Positions 1-11,615 of a stretch of 64,000 nucleotides of DNA are shown here, piece after piece; positions within the stretch are counted from its first letter, which is position 1, and every line of letters begins with the position of its first letter. The translations under genes were made by a program, and so were the position numbers. Source of the stretch: Saccharolobus islandicus REY15A (GTDB lineage Archaea > Thermoproteota > Thermoprotei_A > Sulfolobales > Sulfolobaceae); NCBI RefSeq assembly GCF_000189555.1, contig NC_017276.1. One strand, 5' to 3'. The notes below the pieces were generated by a model. The model was given only the letters and a program-made list of their open reading frames with translations. It did no database searches and was not told where the DNA came from.

Positions 1-2
1 AT

Positions 3-1079
3 GCTAAAGATTCAGAAAGAGTTGTAATAGTAGGTAGGACAGGTACTGGGAAAACAGCAACTGTTAGATTGTTTGGTAAAAATTTTGAAGATATTGCGGA
101 GAGAGAGTACGGAGTTAAAGTAAAGTATGTTCATGTAAATTGTTATAGGCATAGAACATTGTACTTGATAAGTCAAGAAATAGCTAACGCGTTAAAACTA
201 CCAATACCGTCGAGGGGATTATCAGCACAAGAAGTATTTAAGATTATCCATGAATATTTAGATAGGAGAAATATACATCTAATAGTTGCATTAGATGAGT
301 TTGGACATTTCCTGAATACTGCAAATACTGAGGAAATATACTTCTTAGTAAGATTGTATGATGAAATATCAGCAATAATAAAGAGAATTAGTTATATATT
401 TATAGTTAATGAAAGCCATTCTATTTATAAATTAGATAGAAGTATAAGGGATCATATAGCAAGAAGATTAATTGAATTTCCCCCTTACAGGTCTATGGAA
501 CTTTATGATATTTTGAAGTATAGGGTAGATGAAGCTTTTAATGATAATGCTGTAGATGATGAGGTATTACAATTCATATCAAATACTTATGGCTATGATA
601 AAGGGGGTAATGGTAATGCCAGAATTGCAATAGAGACTCTAAGTTTAGCTGGAGAAATAGCAGAGAAGGAGGGATCACCAGTGGTATTGTTAGATCATGC
701 TAAGAAGGCTAATTCTACAATAAATCCAGAGATTCAAGAGATTGTGGATAGTTTATCGTATCTTGATTTGCATCAACTTATACTCTTGAAAGCGTTAATA
801 CGGGTTTTAAATAAGAGTAAAGCTGATGAGGTTACAATGGGAACCTTAGAAGAGGAATATATATCATTAGCCAGAGAGTTTAATGAGGAACCTAGAAGAC
901 ATACACAAGTTTATGAGTATCTGAGGAAACTTAAGGTAATAGGGATAATTAATACTAGGCAGAGTGGGAAGGGAATGAGAGGAAGAACGACTCTAGTTTC
1001 CCTTTCTCTACCATTAGATAAAAGATTAGATGATTATATTATGCAACAAATAGTGGTGAGGTTAAAATCGAAGGCTTAA
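3..1079 (+). CDS. cdc6-2: Orc1/Cdc6 AAA+ initiator family protein (Cdc6-2/Orc1-2 type), 5'-truncated by the window edge
   Basis: Frame is open from position 3 (AKDSERVVIVGRTGTGKT = Walker A). Walker B IVALDEF, GNARIA sensor, C-terminal wHTH. Its position next to moaC/rfc matches the Sulfolobales cdc6-2 locus. Confidence 0.9.
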   Translation, partial: AKDSERVVIVGRTGTGKTATVRLFGKNFEDIAEREYGVKVKYVHVNCYRHRTLYLISQEIANALKLPIPSRGLSAQEVFKIIHEYLDRRNIHLIVALDEFGHFLNTANTEEIYFLVRLYDEISAIIKRISYIFIVNESHSIYKLDRSIRDHIARRLIEFPPYRSMELYDILKYRVDEAFNDNAVDDEVLQFISNTYGYDKGGNGNARIAIETLSLAGEIAEKEGSPVVLLDHAKKANSTINPEIQEIVDSLSYLDLHQLILLKALIRVLNKSKADEVTMGTLEEEYISLAREFNEEPRRHTQVYEYLRKLKVIGIINTRQSGKGMRGRTTLVSLSLPLDKRLDDYIMQQIVVRLKSKA

Positions 1080-1096
1080 TCTATAATTCATCTAAA

Positions 1097-1316
1097 ATGA
1101 AGATATTATCTATATTGATAAAGCATGGTGATATGAATATCACTAAATTATATAGATTGTCTAAGATCCATTACGATAAATTAAGAAGGGAACTGGAAGA
1201 TTTGCAGAAGATGAGTCTAGTTGAAGTAATAGGTAGTGATAAAAAAATAGTTAGATTAAACTACTCTAACCCTAAAGTAGTAATCTTAATTAACCTATTG
1301 GAAGAGTTGGATAAAA

Positions 1317-1333
<17 letters not shown>
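1097..1333 (+). CDS. Small winged helix-turn-helix protein
   Basis: 78 aa; NITKLYRLSKIHYDKLRRELEDLQKMSLVEV is an HTH plus wing pattern. Coupled to moaC. Confidence 0.7.
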
Positions 1334-3969
<2,636 letters not shown>

Positions 3970-3990
3970 TATCTCACCTCATGAATGAAA

Positions 3991-4464
3991 TTACTTTCTC
4001 TTATATTTACCCATTACGAATCCTTTATCTATCTCATGTCCCTTTATTAACGATTTCAATTTGTTAGCATCAACGTTCTTAATTTCGTTTAGTAATGTAT
4101 CTACTGCATAAACATAAAAATAGTATCTATGAGGTGAGTGTGTTTTAGGGGGACATGGGCCGTTGTAGCCAACATTCCCAAAATCGTTTACACCTTGTAT
4201 GCCATATTGTGATTTATACACTTTTGGTACTCCTTCCGGTAATCTATTGGTAGTTATGTTATATATTACCCAGTGTATAAAAGTTCCTCCAGGCGCATCT
4301 GGATCTTCTACAATAACTGCATAACTTTTAGCATTAATAACAAGATCCCACTCTAACTCTGGAGACAGATCTTGTCCATCACAAGTATATTTAATGGGTA
4401 TAAAATCCTCGTTCTTAAAGGCTGAAGATACTACCCTCATCAAATATATACTTTCATCATTCAA
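3991..4464 (-). CDS. YbhB/YbcL family PEBP (Raf kinase inhibitor-like) protein
   Basis: DPDAPGG.FIHW, YNGPCPP, HRYYF motifs. Confidence 0.9.
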   Translation of the reverse strand: MNDESIYLMRVVSSAFKNEDFIPIKYTCDGQDLSPELEWDLVINAKSYAVIVEDPDAPGGTFIHWVIYNITTNRLPEGVPKVYKSQYGIQGVNDFGNVGYNGPCPPKTHSPHRYYFYVYAVDTLLNEIKNVDANKLKSLIKGHEIDKGFVMGKYKRK

Positions 4465-4520
4465 AATTAAAAACGCTTTATACCAACTGGAAGCTTCGCC
4501 TTCTTAAGGCAAGGAGGAAA

Positions 4521-5147
4521 TCAGACCTTCTTATTTAAGTAGAACTCTAATTCCTCATGCCCTTTACTGTGAATTTTTGCTACTATAACGCCAGTACCCG
4601 TAAAGGAATCTCGCTTTATTGCTGAGAACACAGCCCTCTTAGCTAGGTCAGCTGCCTCATCTAAAGTCATTTTGGGATTATACTCATCTTCTAGCACTCC
4701 CATAGCTACTGGTGAACCAGAACCAGTTGCAACATAATTTTCTTCAGTTATGTCGCCCAAATAATCCAAATTGAACAATCTTGGCTGGTCATCGTAACCA
4801 CCTATTAGGATTTGAACGATATAAGGAAAATACTTTGTTGCAGATAATACGTTTGCTAATCTAGTTGCAATTCCCTTTATGGAAATTGGTCCATATTTAG
4901 TAATACTATTATAATGATATATATTTTTCAGTACATTATATATAAACTGTAAATCGGCTACACTACCTGCGGTAGTTATTCCTATTTTATCTGTAATATA
5001 TAGTACTTTTCTAACCATTTTATTCGCTACGAAAAATCCTGCACTAGCTCTCCTATCTGCTGCAAGAACTACTCCATCATTTACCTTAATTCCTACAGTT
5101 GTGGTTCCCTTAAGTATCTTATTTTCTAATTGCAACTCATTCCCCAT
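4521..5147 (-). CDS. psmB: Proteasome beta subunit
   Basis: Propeptide then G-TTTVG, AADRR, GSVAD, TGSGS, RDSFTG. Start moved to the ATG at 5147 (MGNELQ). Confidence 0.95.
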   Translation of the reverse strand: MGNELQLENKILKGTTTVGIKVNDGVVLAADRRASAGFFVANKMVRKVLYITDKIGITTAGSVADLQFIYNVLKNIYHYNSITKYGPISIKGIATRLANVLSATKYFPYIVQILIGGYDDQPRLFNLDYLGDITEENYVATGSGSPVAMGVLEDEYNPKMTLDEAADLAKRAVFSAIKRDSFTGTGVIVAKIHSKGHEELEFYLNKKV

Positions 5148-5211
5148 AATTACCATTAAAAGCAAGAATAAAAAGGTGACAGTCAATATAGGATACAATA
5201 TCAGTAGACCA

Positions 5212-6405
5212 TTAATGTTTTCCTACAACGTTTAAAATATATTCAGTTACCTCAAGTAAATCCCCATCTTTATACAACTCTCCGCTTATCATTAAACCAA
5301 CTGGCAACTCATTAAGGGTAGAAAATGGTATGCTTATTGATGGTGCCCCAACTACATTAAACAGTTCAGTATTAGCTATTAGATATTCTCTAAATTGAAG
5401 AGGATTAGAGAGTACGTCAGAAATTTTAGGTGCAACAATTTTTGTTGTTGGAGACAAAATAAAATCAATATTTTTAAATACTTTTATATACTCTTCTATT
5501 AATACCCTTCTATATCTAATTGCATCTATATAGTCTGTAGCAGAGATCTTCATACCATCAAGGAGTAACGTATAAGTATCTTTAAAGTATTTATCACTAT
5601 TTTCAGTTATCCAATCTTTATGATAGGAAGAAGCTTCAGCCAATGATATAGTTCTTCTAGTTTTAGACCCATATTGCCTTAGTAAAGGAAGATCGACCTC
5701 GACTATATCAAAATATGAAGATAATTTTGCATATATTTCTTTCAACAATATTCTTGAAACTTCCATTTCATCAAATAAAAATAAACCTAGACGCGGTCTT
5801 GTTCTTAGTTTAGCTATTTCAACCTTCTTTTTTTCATTTGGTAAAATAGCATCAAAAACTCTTCGTAACAGTCCAATGTTATCTTTCACAATTATCCCCA
5901 CAGTATCCAATGACCAGCTAAAGGGTATTACACCATCAGTAGGTATCAACCCAGTAGTTGGTTTAAATCCTATTACTCCACATAAAGACGAAGGAATCCT
6001 TACAGATCCTCCAGTGTCAGTACCAATTCCCACATCTATCATGTCTAATTTCACTGCAACAGCAGAGCCACCACTAGAACCACCACTTATTCTTTCTGGA
6101 TCAATTGGATTTCTTGCAGGTCCTCCTATACTTGATGTATTAGTTGCACCTAACGCAAATTCATGGGTATTGGTTTTTCCTATTATCTTTCCTCCTTCTC
6201 TAAGTATTGCATCAACAACGTACGCATTTTTTTGTGGAACATAGTTTTCTAAAATTCTCGAACCAGCAGTAGTCCTTATGCCTTTAGTTAGAATAACATC
6301 CTTTATTCCAAACGTAACATCCTTTAACTTACCTTTATCGTTTTCTTCGATATTATGGAGAGTGATAAATGCGTTATATTTTGAATTTAATTCTTCTAAT
6401 TTCAT
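5212..6405 (-). CDS. Amidase signature family enzyme
   Basis: [24 protein letters not shown] catalytic motifs. Confidence 0.93.
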   Translation of the reverse strand: MKLEELNSKYNAFITLHNIEENDKGKLKDVTFGIKDVILTKGIRTTAGSRILENYVPQKNAYVVDAILREGGKIIGKTNTHEFALGATNTSSIGGPARNPIDPERISGGSSGGSAVAVKLDMIDVGIGTDTGGSVRIPSSLCGVIGFKPTTGLIPTDGVIPFSWSLDTVGIIVKDNIGLLRRVFDAILPNEKKKVEIAKLRTRPRLGLFLFDEMEVSRILLKEIYAKLSSYFDIVEVDLPLLRQYGSKTRRTISLAEASSYHKDWITENSDKYFKDTYTLLLDGMKISATDYIDAIRYRRVLIEEYIKVFKNIDFILSPTTKIVAPKISDVLSNPLQFREYLIANTELFNVVGAPSISIPFSTLNELPVGLMISGELYKDGDLLEVTEYILNVVGKH

Positions 6406-6472
6406 CTTCCATCACGCAGAATAATGGTTCAGGTAACTTTTTAAGGATTGGATCTTTATCGTTTTCCGTCAT
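6374..6472 (-). CDS. Possible 32-aa upstream ORF overlapping the amidase start
   Basis: Read by hand: ATG at 6472, [32 protein letters not shown], in a different frame from the amidase. Confidence 0.25.
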   Translation of the reverse strand: MTENDKDPILKKLPEPLFCVMEDEIRRIKFKI

Positions 6473-6611
6473 CGTTATAATACTTATTAATTTGGTAATA
6501 AAAGCTTACAAATAATCTCTCATGGGAACGCTATACATATTATTTTTAAAAATATATCAAGTCTACTATGATAGATAATATTTTTTATACAGTTTAAACA
6601 CAATCTAACCG

Positions 6612-7613
6612 ATGAAAGCCGTAGTAGTTCAGGGTAAGCAAAAAGGATATAGGATAGAAGAAGTTCCAGATCCAATCCCAGGAAAAGATGAAGTTGTAAT
6701 TAGGGTAAATAGAGCAGCATTATGTTATAGAGATCTATTGCAACTGCAAGGTTTTTATCCAAGAATGAAATATCCAGTAATTTTAGGACATGAAGTAGTT
6801 GGTACAATAGAACAAGTTGGAGAGAACGTTAAAGGCTTTAAAGAAGGTGATAAGGTAATTTCGCTTCTTTATGCACCTGATGGAACTTGTCATTATTGTC
6901 AAATGGGCGAGGAAGCATATTGCCACTCCAGGTTAGGTTATTCAGAGGAATTAGACGGCTTCTTTGCTGAAAAAGCAAAGATAAAAGTTACAAGTCTCGT
7001 AAAAGTTGGCACTAACGTCCCAGATGAGGGAGCGGTTTTAGTACCTTGTGTAACTGGAATGGTTTATAGAAGTTTGAGAAGGGCAAAGTTGCAAAAGGGG
7101 GAAACAGTTCTAGTTACAGGGGCTAGTGGTGGTGTTGGTATTCATGCCATACAAATTGCTAAAGCACTTGGTGCAAAAGTGATAGGAGTAACTACATCAG
7201 AGGAAAAAGCGGCTTTCATAAGGAAATTCGCTGACCATATAATAGTAGGTAGTAAATTCTCAGAAGAAGCAAAGAAGATAGGCGATGTAAATGTAGTTAT
7301 TGACACAGTAGGTACACCAACAATAGATGAAAGTCTGAAAAGTTTGTGGATGGGGGGTAGGCTGATACAAATAGGTAACGTCGATCCAACTCAGATATAT
7401 CAATTAAGATTAGGATACGTCATATTGAAAGATATAGAAGTAATAGGTCATGCGTCCGCAACCAAGAGGGATGCAGAAGAAACTCTCAAGTTAACTGGAG
7501 AAGGAAAGATAAATCCCGTAGTCGCTGCAACAGTAGGGCTAGATGAGATAGATAAGGGATATGAAATACTAAAGGATAAGCATAAGATTGGGAAGGTACT
7601 AGTAAAGCCTTAA
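6612..7613 (+). CDS. Zn-dependent MDR oxidoreductase, likely NADPH acryloyl-CoA reductase of the 3HP/4HB cycle
   Basis: C.RD, GHE, GASGGVG motifs. As I recall it, the sequence closely resembles the Sulfolobales acryloyl-CoA reductase (Msed_1426 type: LCYRDLLQLQGFYPRMKYP). Confidence 0.8.
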   Translation: MKAVVVQGKQKGYRIEEVPDPIPGKDEVVIRVNRAALCYRDLLQLQGFYPRMKYPVILGHEVVGTIEQVGENVKGFKEGDKVISLLYAPDGTCHYCQMGEEAYCHSRLGYSEELDGFFAEKAKIKVTSLVKVGTNVPDEGAVLVPCVTGMVYRSLRRAKLQKGETVLVTGASGGVGIHAIQIAKALGAKVIGVTTSEEKAAFIRKFADHIIVGSKFSEEAKKIGDVNVVIDTVGTPTIDESLKSLWMGGRLIQIGNVDPTQIYQLRLGYVILKDIEVIGHASATKRDAEETLKLTGEGKINPVVAATVGLDEIDKGYEILKDKHKIGKVLVKP

Positions 7614-7637
7614 ATTTTTAAACATTTTTAAGTTATT

Positions 7638-8252
7638 GTGAAGCTTAAAATTTCATGGATAGAGCTTAGTCAAGATTTATTACCACATTCAGATTTAGAT
7701 TCCGCAGAAGATCTAAAATTGGTAAGTAACGAGATTCTTGAGGCCTTCGAAATAGGAGGGTACTCAGAGGAATTAGAATTGGATGATAAAATATTGACAG
7801 TAACTTCTGTTTTCTCATCAAAGCTACTACAAGATATTTCAAAATCGATAAAAATTTATGAAATGGGAAGATGGGGCAAGCTATTATCTGGTGACGTAGT
7901 TACTGTTGTAGGAGAAACTATAACATATGCTCTTCTAAATCAGTTATTTGGCATAAGCATTAATGATATATTACCATTTAGAAACGTAAAGTTCCTAGGA
8001 ACAATATCAGATTTAGCTATTAATATAGAAAAATATGATAAGTTAAGAAAATTTTTAAATGCTAAAAATGGATTACTATTTGTAGAAGCTAAAGCAACAA
8101 TGACCTTTAGAAGATCGCAAATTGTCAATACGATATCAAAAAGTTTAGTTACAATAGAAAATTTAAGGTATCCAGACAATTATGGGTTAATATCTTACGT
8201 TGTAAAATACAATAATCAATTGTATGATATGATGATATTAATAAAACCATAA
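7638..8252 (+). CDS. Hypothetical protein with PD-(D/E)XK nuclease-like motifs
   Basis: GE in a helix, then ISDLAI, then FVEAKAT. Confidence 0.55.
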   Translation: MKLKISWIELSQDLLPHSDLDSAEDLKLVSNEILEAFEIGGYSEELELDDKILTVTSVFSSKLLQDISKSIKIYEMGRWGKLLSGDVVTVVGETITYALLNQLFGISINDILPFRNVKFLGTISDLAINIEKYDKLRKFLNAKNGLLFVEAKATMTFRRSQIVNTISKSLVTIENLRYPDNYGLISYVVKYNNQLYDMMILIKP

Positions 8253-8253
8253 A

Positions 8254-8751
8254 GTGAGAAAAATGAACTGCATTGAGAGTCTTCATAAAGCTTATATCTT
8301 AACGTGGATTGGAGATTATAAAACGTCAAGTGAGTTAGCAAGGGAATGTATCCAACTTCTTTCAGATTCTGTGAAGATAAGAAGAAAAGTAAAGGAGGTA
8401 TTAAAGAAAGCGGATAGAGAGTATAAGGTATCGAAAAAATTAAGGGAAGAAGGTGTAACTACTACTGATCTAATTCAAGTTGCCCTTTACTATTTAGCAA
8501 AGAGATTATCAGTTAAAAAAGATAACGATATAGAAATAATTGAAAAAGGGAATATTAAACTATCTGTAATTGAGAATTCGTTAGTTAAAGAGGTTAGAGG
8601 ATATTGTGAAGGATGTAAAGGATATAAATATTCTCTGCTAAATAAGGCAAAAGGATATTTAATTCTTTATGATGAAATAATATATGCTGAATTCTTTGAG
8701 GGAAATAAGGACGATGTCATTGACGAGATACTAAAAAACACTAAACTTTAA
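8254..8751 (+). CDS. Hypothetical protein (CxxC near the C-terminus)
   Basis: 165-aa ORF coupled to the previous gene; YCEGCKG. Confidence 0.6.
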   Translation: MRKMNCIESLHKAYILTWIGDYKTSSELARECIQLLSDSVKIRRKVKEVLKKADREYKVSKKLREEGVTTTDLIQVALYYLAKRLSVKKDNDIEIIEKGNIKLSVIENSLVKEVRGYCEGCKGYKYSLLNKAKGYLILYDEIIYAEFFEGNKDDVIDEILKNTKL

Positions 8752-8783
8752 ATTACATCCTTTACTTATTTTATAGCGACTAC

Positions 8784-8876
8784 GCCGCGGTGGTTTAGCC
8801 CGGTCAAGCGCAGGCACCGAAAGAATGCGGGCCTCTCGAGCCCGTGACCCGGGTTCAAATCCCGGCCGCGGCACCA
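8784..8876 (+). tRNA. tRNA-Glu(CTC) with a 15-nt D-loop intron and encoded CCA
   Basis: GCCGCGG/CCGCGGC acceptor stem, CGGGC-CTCTCGA-GCCCG anticodon arm, GTTCAAATC T-loop. BHB intron at about 8807-8821 (CGGT/ACCG helix, CAA and AAA bulges). Confidence 0.93.
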
Positions 8877-9048
8877 TTTCTATTAGTTAATCTATTCTTT
8901 AAAAATTTTTAATATTATAGATTTATGGAAAAAGAGTAAATGATAACTATTTATTACTGTTATTATTATCATCGTCTTACACTATAACAATGTTTAACTG
9001 TTTGATAATATTTGTTAATTAATTCCTTGGAAAAAGAGATACAAGTAG

Positions 9049-9091
9049 TGGGCCCGCTGGGATTTGAACCCAGGACCTCTGCCTCGTAAGG
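9049..9091 (-). repeat. Attachment-site direct repeat (3' 43 nt of tRNA-Val), left end of the element
   Basis: TGGGCCCGCTGGGATTTGAACCCAGGACCTCTGCCTCGTAAGG is identical to 15150-15192. Confidence 0.97.
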
Positions 9092-9247
9092 ACTCATACA
9101 GTTGCAATCTTCCGATATATGCAACGCATATATGTTGCGTCTAAATATTTTAAAACATGAAAATCTCATGTATGGACTATTTAAATAAATAATAGGTGAA
9201 AACGTTAGCTCTTGCGTCTTATTATTCCATACTTAACTCCATTCCTA

Positions 9248-9338
9248 ATGAACCCTTCATCTCCACCGGGAAACAAGTTATTCAAAAAATAGCAATTAAT
9301 GTACATTTATTTCATGAATCCCTTATCTGCAGGGAAAC
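9248..9338. repeat. Two imperfect hairpin-forming direct repeats separated by 39 nt
   Basis: ATGAACCCTTCATCTCCACCGGGAAAC (9248-9274) and ATGAATCCCTTATCTGCAGGGAAAC (9314-9338). Confidence 0.55.
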
Positions 9339-9380
9339 TCGATATTTTATAGAAGTAATTGAAAGATAAGAATGATAGAA

Positions 9381-10916
9381 TTAAGTTAAATCTAAAATTA
9401 AATTATCCCTAACATAATCCGGTAAATCTAACTTATTGAAGACTCCTACAAAATGCCAATAGGGAATTTTAACTTCCTTCTCCTTCTTCCTAAGAAGAGA
9501 AGGAGAGTAAGAGCTATGGCGTTTACCAAATAGCCAATAACCGTAAACCTTAGCCTGGTCTTCCTCTTCAACGCTAAACAAATTACCGTTAGCTATAAGA
9601 TAAGCCATTTTAAGAGCGTATTTTAGCACGTATTGCTTAGGGGATAGTATTTTCCTATATGCAGCACCACTGCTATATTCTATAACTGCATCTTTTGGTG
9701 GCTTTCCCTTCCACTTACCGTACTTAATTCTGTGGATTTCGTTTACCGGTCCTTGAATTCCCTCCTTCCTCTTAAAGTCCAAGTAAGCCTGGAGTAAATT
9801 CATATGAAGAGCTGACCCAAAATCCTCTAGAATGTCCATTAACCACTTATCAAGAAGAGCCGTAAATATGTACTTACTGATAAGCGTCTTATCCTTGGGC
9901 TCTAACTTCTTCTCTTTCATCTTTGCTTCCAGGTCTGAGGGTAAGGAGATATTATATCGATAACGTCTAGTATAGTATGTGAAAGGGTCTTCTTTCTTAC
10001 TTCCGAATTTCCTACTCCAATTTATAAGATATGGTATACCAAAGATAAAAACGTGAACGTGAAGAACGTAATCACCGTGAAATTCATAAGCCGTAAAGGT
10101 CTTGATATCCTCACCCTTCCACATTTCTCTTACCCATTTTACCATTCTATTCTTAAGCTGAGTTAGAATAGAGTCTTGTAATGGAATATAACCAATAACC
10201 TTTCTTCCCTCCTTCAACGGAATCACGAGAGGGAATATATGAGGGGTTGTAAGCGTAATCATAATTGCGTTCTTGTATTTCTTGAAGGCATTATCTAACG
10301 CCTTACTACTCTTTATTACTTGTATAAGAGCCTTTTTATTATCGTTAAACCTTGTCTTTTCGGGCATGATCATAAAGTTCCCATTATCGTCCTCAAGGAC
10401 TATAACATTCCTATTCCACTCCTTTATGTTCTCTCTGAATAGGAAAGCGATATCTGAATACTCTCTAGTGCAAGGGCATATTGAGTGCTTATACTGAGAA
10501 ATAAGAAGTGCTCTTTGCCTATATCTGTTAGCCCTTGTGATAACCCTTATCCCTATCTTCCTCAACTTTTTTATTTTTTGCTCTCTGTTTGTGCTTTTTC
10601 CTAAACTGTCAGAATTGCGATTACTTAAACTCAAGTCAAAGCTATCGTTAAGCCGAAAATTTTTTGTTGAAGGTAAAACAAATTGAATTGGCAATTTTTT
10701 CAATTTAAATGAGACCGGATAAGTAGGCAAACGTTCTACTATCCCATTCTCTACAAGGGTTTTAAGGTGTCTTTCAAGTATCTTATAGGCTGAGCGCTTT
10801 GATATTCCCCTCTCCTTTGCATAGTCCTCAGCCATAATAGTAAGTGAGACTGAATTTTCCTTCTTTAGTCTATTTATAATCCAAGAATCAACAAAAGAAG
10901 GAGAAAAAGAGTACAT
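9381..10916 (-). CDS. rep: Rolling-circle replication initiator (HUH endonuclease, two-Tyr type) with N-terminal wHTH
   Basis: Motif I MITLT (about 10248-10262), motif II LHVHVF (HVH at 10053-10061), motif III YVLKY (9618-9632), in canonical order. Confidence 0.85.
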   Translation of the reverse strand: MYSFSPSFVDSWIINRLKKENSVSLTIMAEDYAKERGISKRSAYKILERHLKTLVENGIVERLPTYPVSFKLKKLPIQFVLPSTKNFRLNDSFDLSLSNRNSDSLGKSTNREQKIKKLRKIGIRVITRANRYRQRALLISQYKHSICPCTREYSDIAFLFRENIKEWNRNVIVLEDDNGNFMIMPEKTRFNDNKKALIQVIKSSKALDNAFKKYKNAIMITLTTPHIFPLVIPLKEGRKVIGYIPLQDSILTQLKNRMVKWVREMWKGEDIKTFTAYEFHGDYVLHVHVFIFGIPYLINWSRKFGSKKEDPFTYYTRRYRYNISLPSDLEAKMKEKKLEPKDKTLISKYIFTALLDKWLMDILEDFGSALHMNLLQAYLDFKRKEGIQGPVNEIHRIKYGKWKGKPPKDAVIEYSSGAAYRKILSPKQYVLKYALKMAYLIANGNLFSVEEEDQAKVYGYWLFGKRHSSYSPSLLRKKEKEVKIPYWHFVGVFNKLDLPDYVRDNLILDLT

Positions 10917-10927
10917 AACTTAAGCCC

Positions 10928-11236
10928 TTAAGGTCTCTGTAAGAGGACATCAACCTTTTGATATAACTTCCTTTCCCAATAATACTCTAAATCGTTAGGT
11001 AATGTAATGATATAGTAGTTATTATGCCTTGAAGGAGTCCTTATCCCTATTGGAAACTCCTTACTATCTACTATAATCGTTACTAACCATTCCTTATCCT
11101 TAACGTAAGCCTCAAAGTCTCTTGGAATATAAATAAAGTACTGAGAGTACTCGTATTCCCTTCCCTTGTTGTTAATGTGCCTAGTAAGTTTCTGCAGTTT
11201 AACGCCTGGAATAAGAAGTTGGGGAATTTCAAGCAT
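10928..11236 (-). CDS. Small protein with tandem AbrB/SpoVT-like (swapped hairpin) motifs
   Basis: QYFIYIPRDFE and YYIITLPNDLE repeats. Probable start is the ATG at 11236, overlapping the upstream stop. Confidence 0.55.
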   Translation of the reverse strand: MLEIPQLLIPGVKLQKLTRHINNKGREYEYSQYFIYIPRDFEAYVKDKEWLVTIIVDSKEFPIGIRTPSRHNNYYIITLPNDLEYYWERKLYQKVDVLLQRP

Positions 11237-11615
11237 AAGCCATAACCTCACGCTTTAATATTCTCCTCAATTTGTCAGCATTCCTTACCTTATCTGAATG
11301 TTTAGGAGTGAGGAGAAACGCAATATTTCCCCTAAATGTAATCGTTAGTAGTTCCTTTCCTCTCTGTCTTATCGTAAGTCCGTAATCCTCAATCTCTAAC
11401 GTTAGATTAGCCTCATACTCCACGTAATTTAAGTGAAGTTCTGGTATTGAATCAGCTTTTACGTGATCTATTACGTATTCGGCAATCCTCTTTGGTACTG
11501 GAATATCGTTAATGTAGGCGTTATGGCGGTCTATCGCTATATAAATGCCGTTTATCGTTAGGCTCTTGAAGTCACCATTTGTTACCTTAGCCTTAACTTG
11601 CGTTATTATCTTCAT
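11229..11615 (-). CDS. Hypothetical beta-rich protein
   Basis: 128-aa ORF overlapping both neighbours; GGTGG SD-like sequence before the ATG. Confidence 0.7.
   Translation of the reverse strand: MKIITQVKAKVTNGDFKSLTINGIYIAIDRHNAYINDIPVPKRIAEYVIDHVKADSIPELHLNYVEYEANLTLEIEDYGLTIRQRGKELLTITFRGNIAFLLTPKHSDKVRNADKLRRILKREVMAYA

Noticed and set aside
1-1096. Replication origin next to the cdc6 gene
   Set aside because: No ORB repeats or AT-rich unwinding element are visible, the upstream region is outside the window, and the cdc6-2 paralog is not origin-associated in Sulfolobales
6420-6480. C/D box-like CGATGA...CTGA on the minus strand
   Set aside because: Box C is imperfect, there are no convincing C'/D' boxes, and the guides are A-rich
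8969-9169. 66-aa ORF reading through the att site as an SSV-type split integrase fragment
   Set aside because: Only about 26 codons lie inside the element, there is no matching IntC after the tRNA, and the element has a complete integrase; likely a chance frame
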